From a virus (Duplodnaviria > Caudoviricetes), in IMG/VR virus record IMGVR_UViG_3300050336_000035, positions 32,001 through 96,000 of that record: 64,000 nt of DNA. One strand, given 5' to 3'. Positions 31,384 to 41,739 of this stretch are shown here, piece by piece. How positions within the stretch are numbered: position 1 is the first letter of the stretch; every line of letters begins with the position of its first letter. The translations under genes and the position numbers were made by a program. Under the pieces are notes generated by a model. The model worked only from the letters and a program-made list of their open reading frames with translations, was not told the DNA's origin and made no database searches.

Positions 31384-31791
31384 ATGAATATAGGAGAAAA
31401 AATTCAAAAATTAAAAGAATCTATGAATTTTAAGGATTATCAAGAGTTTGGAAAAGCAGTAGGACTACCTGGAGATTGGATAAAAGATGCTTTATCAAAA
31501 AAAGAATCAATCACTACAGTTGATATTACTAGATTAATTAAAATTGCAGAATACTTTAATGTTACATTAGATTGGTTGTTAAAAGATAATAATGAATGGG
31601 TTATAAAGTATAAAGAAGGATTTAAAGAAGGACTTACATCTGATGATATAGGCATAATGCTGGATGAAATTGATAATAAATTATGTGAAACGAATAATAA
31701 ATTTTATGGCTATAATATGAATAAAGATACTATAATTTTATGTAAAGATGCTTTAGATGAAGTGAAAAAGTTAATTAAAGATAATTTATAA
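31384..31791 (+). CDS. XRE HTH regulator (YopS-like position)
   Basis: MNIGEKIQKLKE...LIKIAEYFNVTLDWLL. Confidence 0.85.
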   Translation: MNIGEKIQKLKESMNFKDYQEFGKAVGLPGDWIKDALSKKESITTVDITRLIKIAEYFNVTLDWLLKDNNEWVIKYKEGFKEGLTSDDIGIMLDEIDNKLCETNNKFYGYNMNKDTIILCKDALDEVKKLIKDNL

Positions 31792-31908
31792 TAATATATA
31801 AGGGCTATAAGCCCTTATTACAAGATTAAGTGTAATAAATTTTCCTCTGACAATGATGTCATCTCTAAATACCTCTATTACATAAGAATTACTTAAGGGG
31901 ATGACAGA

Positions 31909-32169
31909 ATGCAGTTTAGAAAAATAGAACAGAATAAAGTGTATGAAACATGGGAGTTTAGAAGTAAAAATGGATTAGTTGCATACATATTTAGAATGCC
32001 AGAGGATTTTAAAAATAATGAGTATTATCATTTTAAGATTTCTGGTGCTAAAAGTAAAAAATATATGGGTTTTCAATATCAATCAATAGATGAATTAAGA
32101 TTATACCCATCTTTTGAAGATACGGTAAAAGCTATAAAAGAATTTTGGCATAAGAATTTCAAAGGCTAA
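31909..32169 (+). CDS. Small hypothetical protein, paralog of the convergent gene
   Basis: Shares ETW, N.YY.F.I and Y.SID...Y motifs with 32206-32451. Confidence 0.75.
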   Translation: MQFRKIEQNKVYETWEFRSKNGLVAYIFRMPEDFKNNEYYHFKISGAKSKKYMGFQYQSIDELRLYPSFEDTVKAIKEFWHKNFKG

Positions 32170-32205
32170 ATTAGCCTTTTCTTTTTATTATAAGCAATAA
32201 ATATT

Positions 32206-32451
32206 TTATGTGTTTCCAGCTATCCAATCTTCAACCGCCATAATAGTTTTATTTAAACCATTATAGTAAAGTTTATAATCTATCGAAGAATAATATGTTC
32301 CATTAGGAAATGTTATATAAAAATAATAATATTTATTTTCAGCAGTTGATAAAGTAGGTAATAGTATTATTTTCACGAAATATCTTTTTTCGGGGTCATG
32401 ATAAGTCCATGTTTCAAGATATTTTCTGCGTTTTAATTGAATAAATTTCAT
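32206..32451 (-). CDS. Small hypothetical protein, paralog of the convergent gene
   Basis: Minus-strand SD AAGGAGGG; homology to 31909-32169. Confidence 0.8.
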   Translation of the reverse strand: MKFIQLKRRKYLETWTYHDPEKRYFVKIILLPTLSTAENKYYYFYITFPNGTYYSSIDYKLYYNGLNKTIMAVEDWIAGNT

Positions 32452-32913
32452 TGGTATAAAAATCCCTCCTTTTGTTAAAAAAATTATTATATATATTATT
32501 CGTAGAAAGCTAAATTTTATGGGTATATAATTCTTTGTATTATTAATTAATTGTTATTAAAATAATTTTTTATTTATATTGACATATTGTTATAATGGTG
32601 ATAAGATATATATGTAAGATAAAGGTAAATAAAAAAAGTGAATAGAGTTAACCTTTGGTAATGTTTTTGAAAGGAATTTAAAATGAGAGATGAATTATAT
32701 GCTTTTAGATGTAAAGAATGCGATTTCATCTATCTTGAACCGTATAATATTTCAGATAGATTTAGTAAATATCCTAGTTGTCCAGATTGCGGTTGTAAAG
32801 ATGTAGAAATATATGAAGGCGAGTTGTCAGAAGATTTACAAGAATTTGCTAGTCAATATGCTGATGAATTAGAAAATGAAGAAGATGAGTAGTTTGAATT
32901 AAAATTGTGTTTC

Positions 32914-33045
32914 ATTAAGAAAGGGAAATTAATCAATGCAGATTTAAATGGAGCGTATCAGATAATAAAGAAAGTAATACCAAATGCTTTTGCTGATGGT
33001 ATAGAGGGTGCAGGTTTACATCCGATTAGAGTTAATTTAATCTAA
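32914..33045 (+). pseudogene. tnpB: C-terminal remnant of a TnpB with the 3' part of its omegaRNA
   Basis: GKLINADLNGAYQIIKKVIPNAFADGIEGAGLHPIRVNLI*; starts at dyad 32898 and is followed by hairpin plus dyad 33069. Confidence 0.85.
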
Positions 33046-33109
33046 TAAATCACTTTGTAAAAAAGTGAATGAATCAGCGATTTGATGATATATAAGAAAG
33101 GAGAAGCTT

Positions 33110-35933
33110 ATGGAAAACAGCAATAACATTGAATTATCTTTAGAAGACATATTTTGGATTGGCAAAGGTTTAGCTAATACTATAAAGGTATTAGAATTAG
33201 AAAATGAATATACTAACCTTATAAAAGAAATTCAAAATATTCAAAATAAATTATGTTCTTTTATTTACAGAGAAGATGCTAAGATTAATGATAGAGTAAT
33301 TATGCAATTGATAAAATAGACAATTTAAGTGATTTAAGGAGGTAATGTTATGTATATTGATAATAGAGGTATTCATTTTGAAGAAAATGATGAAAAAGAA
33401 AAGATCAATTATGGAGTTGGTTATAGTGATGGTTATAAAGCAGCATTAAAAGTTATGCAAATACATTTAGAAGATTTGTCCAACAGAATGATATTAAAAG
33501 AAGATTGATGATAGAATGTAGATTTTGTAATATAAGGAGTAAAAATGAATATTAATTATTTAAAAAGAATACGAGAAAAATATCAACAATTACAAGATAA
33601 ATTCTTTGACGAAGATGATTTTGATTGTGCTGGATTTATGGTTGGAGAACTTGAAAAAATTGATAAACTAATCAATGAAAAAGAGGAGTTTAATATTAAA
33701 TCTTTTCTATATAAAATTTACACAAACAATAATAAAGAAGTTATGTGGATTGAGTCTACTGCACCAAAAGACAAATTTAAATCATTGTTACAAGCTTATT
33801 TTATGACCACAAAAATTAATGGAAAAATTGGAATTGGATTTGGAGAAGTAATAGAAAGTAGTGGATATAAATCTGAGTTATTATTTGAAGGGATAGATAA
33901 TATTCCTAATGATTATCAAGTTATATATTTAAGTGATATTAATATTTTTGATATTTAATAGAGGGAGTACACATATGAAATATATAGAAGTTAGTCAAAA
34001 TAAGTATAGGAATTTTATACTTAATAGTGATTTAAATATATATGGCGTTTCTAATGGAATTGTTGAAGTTACATATATAAAACCCAATGATTGTTTAGCT
34101 TTTAGATTTCAAAAGGGAAATCAAAAGTGTTATATTAGAGAAGATTATATTTATCTTTGTGAATAAATATATCTTTTATAGCAAGCATTGTTTTTAGGAT
34201 ATTAATATAATTTATTATATTGACAATTACATATATTGGGAGTATAATAAAATTGCATCAAAGGAATAAGCTTTTTAAATATATAAAAAAGTGAGGACTA
34301 AATATGGATAATATAATACAGTTTAAAGATTTTGAAAGACCTGTAAAACGAAATGAAGATGAATGTAGAGAGTACTGGCAAGAACAATACGAAAGAAGAA
34401 AAGAAAGTCGATTACATATACATGCGGAAGAAATAGAGAGTAAAGTAATAAATAATGAAAATGTTGTTAATATAGTAGGAAAACTATTAAAAGTAACATT
34501 TAAAAATATTGAACAGGTTGAGCAATTTGAAAAACAAGAATGTGAAAATCAACCATGTGAAAATTCTTGGATGTCATGTAAGGAGAAATTCAATAAATTT
34601 CCTTGTGTTATTTATTGTAGATTTACAAAAAGAGGTATTCTTGAAGGATATGTGGCTCAATATATAACTAAAGATGAATATATTGCTGAGTTAAAAAATC
34701 AATTATTACAAGCTGTATAGTACTTAATATCTTTGAGTGGTTGAAGCAGTAGACAATGCATAACATTCGGATATTAATATAATATGACTAAATATTAGTT
34801 TTATAATGAAAGGAAGTGATTTTATTGTTAGAAACTATATTTTGTATATCAATTCTTTGGTTTACTCCTAGTTTAATTTTATGGTTGGTTGTTTTTGATT
34901 GGTTTTGGAAACAGGAAGTATTAACTATTGGGCATATTATATTTGCTATATTTACATATCCAATGACAATATTGGCAGTAATAGTCTATTTATTATTCCT
35001 ATTAATAATTGGGTTTATTAAATTATGTAACATAAAAATTAGAATAAGATAAATGATTCATTTGGTCACGAAATAATTTAGAAAGGAGTTTTAAATATGT
35101 GTAAAAAAGTAATGTCAGCTATAATCATTATACTAATAGTTTTAGCTTTAATTGTGATTGGAAGTGTGTTATTACCAACCAATTTAAAAATGTTAAATAC
35201 CTTATTAGGATTTATATATGGATTTCTTGCAATGAAAATTTATTTGAGTATTAATAACATATAAAAAAAATACATAAAACATCCATTTTATAAAATAAAA
35301 AAATATAAAGGAGAATAATACATATGAGTGAATTTCTTACTAAAAGTGAAAACGATGAATTAATAAAGAGAATTGAAGAAGGAGATATTTTACTAGCTAA
35401 AATTACTGATGCTTATAATGAAGCTGCTAAAGATTATAATAAAGCATCTTCCGAAAGAGAATCAATGAAGGTTGTTATTAGACATTTATTAGGATGGGCT
35501 GAAGAAGAAGGTCTAAATATTCCATATGAAAAATGGGATGAGGTTATTGACAAAGCACACGATAACGATGGTTTCTTTACAGCAATGTTAGAATGGTTCG
35601 TAGACCATATGAATGATTTTGGTGAAAACTATGGTGTTGAATTTGAAGATTAAACATGATGAATAATCAATTTTATGATGTTATAAGAAAGGAGTTTATA
35701 TGATTTATATAATTTTAGGTTATATAGTATCAATTGTTTTATCATTTTTGATTTTACGTTATGCTTTTATTAATATGGAAAAATACGCTAAAGAATCAGC
35801 ACCTATACCAATAATAATTTTTATGATGTTAATTCCAATAATAAATATATTTTTTGGATTAGCAATTGTGAATGCCTTTGTAGAAAAAGATTGTTCTGAT
35901 ATTATTAATAAAATATTTAGGATAAAAAGTTGA
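33110..35933 (+). other. Array of small hypothetical and membrane-protein genes (33110, 33545, ~33975, 34304, 34816, 35324, 35700)
   Basis: ORF track, SD sites, dyad boundaries. Confidence 0.7.
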
Positions 35934-35973
35934 TTTCATAATAATATAATATTAAATAAGGAGATTTTAGAAG

Positions 35974-36497
35974 ATGAAGTTTGAAGATGTTAAAATAGGA
36001 ATGAAAGTAGTTCCTTTTAAGAAAACACAAGGACAGGTAAAATTAGAAGAATCTATGGAACAAGCAAATAAAATTAAGCAGAAATATCTCTTTATGTATC
36101 ATGTATAGATAATAATGAAAGAAAAATCGGATTATGGCATGAAAAATATTGTTCTTGTAGAGATTGGTTCGATGCATCAGATTTTAACTTATACATAGAA
36201 AACGAAAAGAATGTAAATGTAGAACAATACATATTTGAATCTATGCCATTTATAATCAATTTTAAAGTTACTGATAAAAATAATAAAATTACATATCAAA
36301 CAGTTAATACGGAGCACTTAAAATATAAACTTATCATTAATGGCACAACTACAGTAGTAATTCTTAAAGATGGTTCTAAAGGTGTTTCTAAGTGTTTACC
36401 TACAGACATATATGATAGGGATAAGGGTATAGATATTGCATATAAAAAGGCATTAATTAAATCATATCAAAAGGAATTAAATGATTTAATGAAATAA
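35974..36497 (+). pseudogene. Frameshifted hypothetical gene
   Basis: ATG 35974 with SD reads MKFEDVKIGMKVVP...KYL; removing 2 nt at tatctctttat (~36088) joins it to the open frame containing 36243-36497. Confidence 0.65.
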
Positions 36498-36531
36498 CTG
36501 TTTTAAGTGGTTTTAGATTGGAGGTGTTATT

Positions 36532-36897
36532 ATTTATTATTTTGCAAGTGAACAAAATTTTAATGGAAAAACTTTATACCCTAGAATTCCAGAGCATAGA
36601 ATGCAAAAAGAAGATTTTTCAACAAAGAGAATATGTGTTTCTAAATCAATTAATGGGTGTTTAACGGCAATAGAACCATGTGAAGGAGATTTGTTATATA
36701 TACACTGGTGTGAGTCTAACAATGTTACACAACCATCAATAAACCAAGTTGCTGATGCTCCTTTTACTGGAGAAGAATGGATTTTAGAGCCTGTGGTCAT
36801 GAATGCTTTTATGACAATTAGAATAATAAAGCGTTATTCTAATATGATTAATAATTTATCCAACAATTTATATACATATGAATTAATAGAAGGATAA
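36532..36897 (+). CDS. Phage protein (PRIP...ED...RICVS...E.W family), probable ATT start
   Basis: SD GGAGGTG at 36520, then in-frame ATT and an open frame to 36897. Confidence 0.6.
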   Translation: MYYFASEQNFNGKTLYPRIPEHRMQKEDFSTKRICVSKSINGCLTAIEPCEGDLLYIHWCESNNVTQPSINQVADAPFTGEEWILEPVVMNAFMTIRIIKRYSNMINNLSNNLYTYELIEG

Positions 36898-36941
36898 CAT
36901 AATGAAACACTTCATTTATTCAGAATGAAAAGGAAAAACAT

Positions 36942-37469
36942 ATGATTGAAGCAATTTTAGTAGCTTTTATAATAGCTATTGTTAATAATATAAATGTCAT
37001 ACCAGTTTTAACTAAAATATTTATGATACCTATATACATGGCATCAGTTTTATATATTGTAATTATTGTCTTAGAACAACTTAATATTTCTAAACATAGT
37101 AAGTACTTTACCTTCAGTATATTAGGCTTAATAGTCATTCCAACTATGTATTGTATATTTGTTTATCACCTATATTTTTACATCTTAATAGGGTTTATAT
37201 GCTCTGTAGTAGGTATGCTACTTAATCAGATAGTTGTTAGAGCTAATGGTAATAAAATGCCTATGTTTTTAAGTTTATCAAAGTTAACAGGAAGTATTGA
37301 TTTAGAAGAACTTAAAGTTAGTCAAACACATCAACTTGGAGATAAGAATACAAAATTGAAATTTTTAACAGATATAATTGATTTGGGATATAACGTTTTT
37401 AGTATTGGTGATGTAATGATATTTAGTATTTTTGGCATTGTTATGTATGGAATCTTAATTAATATATAA
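36942..37469 (+). CDS. Second DUF5317-like membrane protein
   Basis: LN...ANGNKMP...FLTDIID...FSIGDV. Confidence 0.75.
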   Translation: MIEAILVAFIIAIVNNINVIPVLTKIFMIPIYMASVLYIVIIVLEQLNISKHSKYFTFSILGLIVIPTMYCIFVYHLYFYILIGFICSVVGMLLNQIVVRANGNKMPMFLSLSKLTGSIDLEELKVSQTHQLGDKNTKLKFLTDIIDLGYNVFSIGDVMIFSIFGIVMYGILINI

Positions 37470-38876
37470 TAGGAGGAGTTTTATGATTAAACTAAAAACA
37501 AAATGGTATAATATCATAGGAATTAGTATAGGATTGGCTTATTTTGTGTTAATGTTATTGTTGGGAGGTATGATTCATGGATAGAGTTATAGAACGTTTA
37601 TTAATTGAAAATGGACTGAAAGAAATTAATAAAAAGTTTGGTAAAATAAATTGGGAATACATAGCTCCAGATATTGATTTAATTTATGAAGGAAATAATT
37701 TCATATTTAAGTGTCCTAAAGGTATTATTAATTTCGGTTTTGAAGAAATATGGACATGGTTATATGATGAAGATTATGCAGGATGTATTCATGATTGTGA
37801 TATGTGTTTGACACCAATATGTTAAAAGAAAGGAGAATAATTATGTTTAAAATTTTTAATAAAAAAGAAAAACATCAATACTTAGAAGAAATATATAATA
37901 AATATAATTTAGTAATTAAATTAAAAGGTGCTTCATATGAAAGAACGTTTTCTACAGAAACTTCTGCAATACCAGATTCATATAGACAATTATTAGGTTG
38001 GTATCACAGCCGTATATCGGATACATATAGTTTTAGATATAAAGATGGAATATTAAGTTTTAATAGAAGTAATATTGAATATATTAATGTTTTTAAATCA
38101 CAACATACAAGAAAAATATAATAGAAAGATTATTTTATTAGAAATGAGGGTGTTTATGGGAATAAGACTTAATATATATGAGAAATCTCCATACGAGGGA
38201 TTAGGCACAGAGTTATTAAATGGAGGTTCCTTTGGTTGGGGTATTACTTCAGAATTAAATGATTGTGAAATTGTAAATAAATACAAAGATGACTGTAAAA
38301 ATAGAAATAGTTATAGTGGCTGTTTTATGTGTGAATGTTCAGATAGTGATTATACAAAAGTAACATATGAAAAATTATTAACAATAAATAAGGAAATATT
38401 ATATAGAAATACAAATATTATTAATGCATTTTGTTTAAATAGGGATAATTGTATTTTAGAAAAAGAATGTGGATTAGATTGTATATCGAATAATCATAGA
38501 AATTGTATATGGGTAAATTTTAGTTAGAATGAAAGACATATTTCATGAAGAAAGGAAATAATTAAAATGATAGAGAGAATATTTTGTGAAGATAATTCAT
38601 CTAAAAACTATGAACAATTATCTGAAGAAAGAAAGTTAAAATATCAGGAGTTTTATAAGGATACTGCATGTTGTCCTGAGAAATATGTTATATCTGTAGA
38701 TGTGGCTTCACCAAACATCAAAGACCAAAGTTGTGTAGTTAGATATAATTATGAAGAGTATTTAAAAGGTAATTTAGTTATTGATAGTGTTAAGTATTTT
38801 TAACCACTTCACGATTTGATATTGTTTTATTTAAAATTATATTGCTCATATGAGCAGAAAGATGAGGAAATTTTAT

Positions 38877-39275
38877 ATGAAAAAGAAGTTAATAATAATT
38901 ATATCTGCATTAAGTATTATGTTGTTTTTATTAACAGGATGTGACACAGAAGCAAGTAGAGTTTCTTATAATTTATCACAAGAAGCAGATAATTTTAATG
39001 TAATTAGACAATTAACAGTTATAAATTGTATACAGGGTGATGTGTTATTCCAAATGACGGGTAGAATTTCCATAACTGCGGATACTGCTGATAATCAATT
39101 GGAAGTAATTGTTGAAGATTCAGACGGTTCTTATCAAAAGCATTTTATTGGATTAAGTGATAACGTTACATATGTTGTTGAACAGAAAAACTTTAAGAAT
39201 GTTGATAAATATAAATATACTTTGAATTATAATCCTAAGATGTGGATTCCTGTAGATGTAAAAAATATAGATTAA
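38877..39275 (+). CDS. Phage lipoprotein
   Basis: Signal peptide with LTGC lipobox. Confidence 0.8.
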   Translation: MKKKLIIIISALSIMLFLLTGCDTEASRVSYNLSQEADNFNVIRQLTVINCIQGDVLFQMTGRISITADTADNQLEVIVEDSDGSYQKHFIGLSDNVTYVVEQKNFKNVDKYKYTLNYNPKMWIPVDVKNID

Positions 39276-39365
39276 AAAGTAAATAAAATGTATTTTCTAT
39301 TGTTAATAATTTATTGGATATTAAAATAATATCTATTGACAATACTAAAATAATATGTTAATATA

Positions 39366-39466
39366 TAAATATGGAGCGAGGACTACAGAAAAACTCGATT
39401 CGGTGTACATAGCAATTCAAGTGTCCGAGAGAATGTATAAATACCGAATGATATGCTCCATTTATA
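39366..39466 (+). ncRNA. Unidentified structured RNA at the head of the RNA operon
   Basis: Stems ATGGAGC/GCTCCAT, ATTCGGT/ACCGAAT, TACAT/ATGTA; follows the TTGACA(39336) promoter. Confidence 0.5.
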
Positions 39467-39467
39467 A

Positions 39468-39541
39468 GGGGAAGTAGTTTAATTGGGAGATGCGTGGCTA
39501 AAAGCTAGGTGGTATTGGTTCAAGTCCAGTCTTCCCCACCA
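39468..39541 (+). tRNA. Atypical tRNA, anticodon loop CTAAAAG (AAA)
   Basis: GGGGAAG/CTTCCCC acceptor, TTCAAGT T-loop, encoded CCA; imperfect anticodon stem. Confidence 0.6.
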
Positions 39542-39543
39542 AA

Positions 39544-39620
39544 TGATTGAGAGGATAGGAGATGAGGGTTCGAATCCCTTCTGATGTAGTTCAAAGGTAA
39601 AATACTTATCTAATCAATCA
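39544..39620 (+). ncRNA. Permuted tRNA mimic (YrlA/Y RNA-like)
   Basis: T arm GAGGG-TTCGAAT-CCCTT precedes the D-arm-like TAGTTCAAAGGTAAAAT; ends pair as TGATTGA/TCAATCA. Confidence 0.65.
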
Positions 39621-39626
39621 AATTAT

Positions 39627-39701
39627 AGGAAAGTAACACAATGGATAGTGTGTACGGCTTTGAACCGTAATATGAAGTTTCGATTACTTCCTTTCCTGCC
39701 A
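39627..39701 (+). tRNA. tRNA-Gln (UUG)
   Basis: Full cloverleaf; TACGG-CTTTGAA-CCGTA; encoded CCA. Confidence 0.9.
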
Positions 39702-39702
39702 A

Positions 39703-39954
39703 ATATTTATACTTTAGTGGTGGAATAGACATAATAAATAGGAATGTTTGTATATGGTAAAATCTATAGTTCCGCAATCGGAGCTTGGATAATAGTAGAC
39801 ATTATCGTGTGAATTAGTATGTCAGGACTTAAAATCCAATGGCATACTATAGTAATAGGAGCATCATGGAGAGAACCATGTTTTAACAAAAACTCGTTAG
39901 GTTGAGAGCTTGGCAACCATGTAAGGTGCAAATCCTTACCTAAAGTATAAATAT
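39703..39954 (+). ncRNA. Expanded tRNA-Leu(UAA)-like RNA (~250 nt)
   Basis: 15-bp terminal stem; TGGTGGAATAG D-loop-like start; GGACTTAAAATCC; GTAAGG-TGCAAAT-CCTTAC T arm. Confidence 0.6.
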
Positions 39955-40208
39955 AATTTAATAATATTTTTGTGTTATAAGGGATGTGATTTTAACAATG
40001 ATGTTTCCTAGAGAATTTGATTATGCTAATAGAAAGCGTAAACTATTATCTGAACGAGAAAGACGAAATATTGAAAGACGGAATAAATTGCAAGCTTTAA
40101 TAAATGATTCTGCCTCAACCGATTGTGAAAAAGCTGAAGCCAAACGAGCTTTAGAAAGAATAAGTGAATAATATGCGACTTTTATTAAAATTTAGAAAGG
40201 ATTAATAA

Positions 40209-40847
40209 ATGGATAACTTACATATATTTTCAGTTGATAATATGGAACAATATCTTCCGCATGTTGAGTATCATGGATATGGTGGATATATACAATCTTT
40301 TTGTGATTCATTTAGCAATTGGTTGTTTCCAAAAGCCAAAAGTATATATTTTGATGGTGAAGAAAAACAGTTATGGCTTAATATGATTAATAATGCACGC
40401 AAATTACAATTGTTAGATAATCAAAAAACTTTGACAATTAAAAAGATGAATTGGTATACTAATAAACTTGTGGATTTGCTAAAAACTGATGAATGCAATT
40501 TTGATTGTTATGTTTACTTTTTAGATATTATAGTTTCACAATATAAGGATTCTAAGTATAAGAATATTGAAGTTACATTAAAATGTGAAGATAAAAACGG
40601 TGAAGACATACATATTAAAAAGTCTTTTGAAGATTTTAATTTTTTAAATTATATATCTGAAGCTAACTATCTGAAAAGGGATTATTCAAATAAAATACTG
40701 GCATACTCAGCAAATCTAGCCGAATTATATGGTAAATACTTTGATGAAGATGGTTTAACATATGATAAAAAAGGAAGACTTTTCGTTTACTTAAGTCCAA
40801 CCTTACATGGTACAAAAGCTATTCAACATGGATGGATTGAATGGTAA
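40209..40847 (+). CDS. Hypothetical protein
   Basis: 212-aa ORF bounded by dyads 40168 and 40858. Confidence 0.8.
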   Translation: MDNLHIFSVDNMEQYLPHVEYHGYGGYIQSFCDSFSNWLFPKAKSIYFDGEEKQLWLNMINNARKLQLLDNQKTLTIKKMNWYTNKLVDLLKTDECNFDCYVYFLDIIVSQYKDSKYKNIEVTLKCEDKNGEDIHIKKSFEDFNFLNYISEANYLKRDYSNKILAYSANLAELYGKYFDEDGLTYDKKGRLFVYLSPTLHGTKAIQHGWIEW

Positions 40848-41091
40848 CGTGAAATTGATAAAATGAACTTTCTATCATATTTTAAAAGGAGAAAAGAATG
40901 CTTACATATAAATGTATAATTAACAATAAAGAAGAAAAAAATATTACAAGTTTTTCTGAGCCTGAAATTGGTCAAGTAATTTTATCTCCTTCAGGTGAAC
41001 AATACGAAATTCTAAAGATAGAATTAAAAAATAATTTATATTATATTGCAACAAAATAATGCATTCATTATAAAAATAATAGGAGGTTTTA

Positions 41092-41739
41092 ATGATATAC
41101 GTTATGTCAGATATACATGGAGAATATGAAAAGTTTCTTGCCATGTTAGAACAAATAAAATTCAACAACAATGATACTTTATACATATTAGGTGATGTTG
41201 TTGATAGAGGTAGTGAATCTATCAAGTGTTTGCAATATATTATGCATAAACCAAATATAAAAATGATTTTAGGTAATCATGAAGAAATGATGTTACGTTC
41301 ATTGATTAATGGAGATAGAGGTTATTACAATTGTTGGATGGGTAATGGTGGATATAATACTTTAAGAAAATTTGATGATTTATCTATTGATTTTCAACAT
41401 AAAATTTTAGATTATCTCCAACAACTACCACTTACAATTACTATCTCTGATTTCGAAGAAGATTACATATTAGTTCATGCAGGAGTTAATTTTGACGAAG
41501 ATACTCAAGATAGAGAAACTGTGTTATGGGCTAGAGATGAATTTATTTACGGGAATGATAGATTTGACGGTGTCACAGTAATATTTGGTCATACCCCTAC
41601 TAAATATATGCAAAATATAAAACCTTATAAAATATGGAATACGGGCAATGGTAAAATAGGAATTGACTGTGGAGCTTGTTTTGAGGGTGGACAGTTAGGT
41701 TGTTTAAGACTAGATGATATGAAAGAGTTTTATGTATAA
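41092..41739 (+). CDS. Ser/Thr protein phosphatase (calcineurin-like metallophosphoesterase)
   Basis: SDIHG, LGDVVDRG, GNHE, HAG, FGHTPT, IDCGA. Confidence 0.95.
   Translation: MIYVMSDIHGEYEKFLAMLEQIKFNNNDTLYILGDVVDRGSESIKCLQYIMHKPNIKMILGNHEEMMLRSLINGDRGYYNCWMGNGGYNTLRKFDDLSIDFQHKILDYLQQLPLTITISDFEEDYILVHAGVNFDEDTQDRETVLWARDEFIYGNDRFDGVTVIFGHTPTKYMQNIKPYKIWNTGNGKIGIDCGACFEGGQLGCLRLDDMKEFYV

Noticed and set aside
34727-34775. Possible tRNA fragment (GAGTGGTTGAAGC)
   Set aside because: No T arm or acceptor stem could be built
39703-39954. tmRNA or group I intron-containing tRNA-Leu
   Set aside because: No Ala-type acceptor, CCA or tag frame recognised; the anticodon loop is uninterrupted and the inserts are short
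40898-41059. Suspected poly-A frameshift
   Set aside because: On recount it is an intact 53-aa ORF below the track cutoff
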